Positions 25,107 to 25,181 of a stretch of 25,181 bases of DNA are shown in pieces. The DNA is from a virus. Its lineage: Duplodnaviria; Caudoviricetes. Each line of letters opens with the position of its first letter. Position 1 is the first letter of the stretch. The position numbers and the translations under genes were made by a program. Location: positions 1 through 25,181 of IMG/VR virus record IMGVR_UViG_3300049138_000179; one strand, given 5' to 3'. The notes below the pieces were generated by a model. That model was not told the DNA's origin. It ran no database searches and saw only the letters and a program-made list of their open reading frames with translations.

Positions 25107-25181
25107 GCGGATCATCTCCTTGCCACGTTTCGCGGCCACACCCGCCGTCACGTTGCGTCACGGTCGGGGACGTCTGAACCC

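Larger units (their letters stand above)
7726..25181 (-). mobile_element. Siphovirus-type prophage late region (packaging, head, tail, lysis)
   Basis: Complete co-oriented, translationally coupled virion gene order with no obvious disabling lesions. Confidence 0.95.

Overview
High-GC actinobacterial DNA (Micromonosporaceae-like by gene style; inference). From 25.1 kb down to 7.7 kb the minus strand carries an apparently intact siphovirus late operon: terS, a large terminase split into ATPase and nuclease genes, portal, MuF-like protein, scaffold, capsid, head-tail connectors, major tail protein, a tail chaperone with a -1 frameshift site, tape measure, one large tail protein, endolysin and membrane/holin genes. 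A short accessory zone follows (6.1-8.3 kb): a lipoprotein, a 56-aa Cys4 protein, two HTH regulators, a divergent promoter pair with four palindromic operators, and two homologous hairpin terminators. From 6.0 kb to 0.75 kb lies an actinomycete conjugative-element (AICE/plasmid-type) transfer module: small ORFs, an Spd-like membrane protein, a TraB-type FtsK/SpoIIIE translocase, a clt-like array of 8-bp repeats directly after traB, two membrane-anchored Cys-rich proteins and a GntR/Kor-like regulator. No integrase, Rep gene or att site is recognisable between the phage genes and the transfer module. The leading hypothesis is therefore a prophage that carries its own TraB/clt/Spd conjugation and mycelial-spread machinery (a phage-AICE hybrid). 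All family assignments come from motif reading and synteny; no database searches were run.
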